In this document: positions 63,766 through 64,000 of the stretch, in pieces
Position numbering within the stretch: the first letter of the stretch is position 1
Layout of the letters: every line of letters starts with the position of its first letter
Assembly: GCA_038087875.1 (NCBI GenBank)
Contig: CM075997.1
Location: 5,458,001-5,522,000, forward strand
Reading direction: 5' to 3'
From: Malacoraja senta
Lineage: Eukaryota
Length of the DNA: 64,000 nucleotides
The notes under the pieces: generated by a model
Database searches by the model: none
Seen by the model: only the letters and a program-made list of their open reading frames with translations
What the model was told of the DNA's origin: nothing
Made by a program: the position numbers and the translations under genes

Positions 63766-64000
63766 TGTATGATCCAGGAAACCTTCCTGCTCTTTCATGT
63801 TCACATTCAAAGAGCAAAACAAAACCTGAGCCAGCTCTTGTCTGTACTTTCCATTTCTATTTTGACATCAATACTAATTGTTAAACTTGAAATAAGTTTT
63901 ATTTGGAAGGTATATGCGGTAGCTTAAGATGCCAGATTGTTAATATCGAAAGGATTCAATAATTAAGGGTGGGGCGCTCAGGTCAAAGAGTATGGGGGGG

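Overview
This is a repeat-dominated vertebrate genomic window, not a prokaryotic one. The repeat inventory points to a cartilaginous fish, probably a skate or ray (inferred): HE1-type V-SINEs, many CR1/HER1 LINEs, Rex1/Babar, L2, L1 and Penelope-like elements, and PIF/Harbinger-type MITEs. There is a 200-N assembly gap at 13342-13541. Almost all long ORFs in the supplied track are transposon fragments or microsatellite artefacts. Signals beyond these ordinary LINE/SINE/MITE fragments are: (1) a candidate minus-strand host gene with short, frame-compatible exons (43, 12 and 16 nt) and a terminal coding exon at 3586-3703; (2) a 3'-truncated U1 snRNA variant or pseudogene at 22290-22438; (3) a degenerate tRNA-Asp(GTC) at 28252-28323; (4) a ~1.05-kb solo-LTR-like element with TATA box, internal splice donor and polyA signal; (5) roughly two dozen minimal hammerhead-ribozyme-like motifs carried by Penelope-like pseudo-LTRs. 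Everything was read by eye. Repeat boundaries are approximate unless TSDs are quoted.
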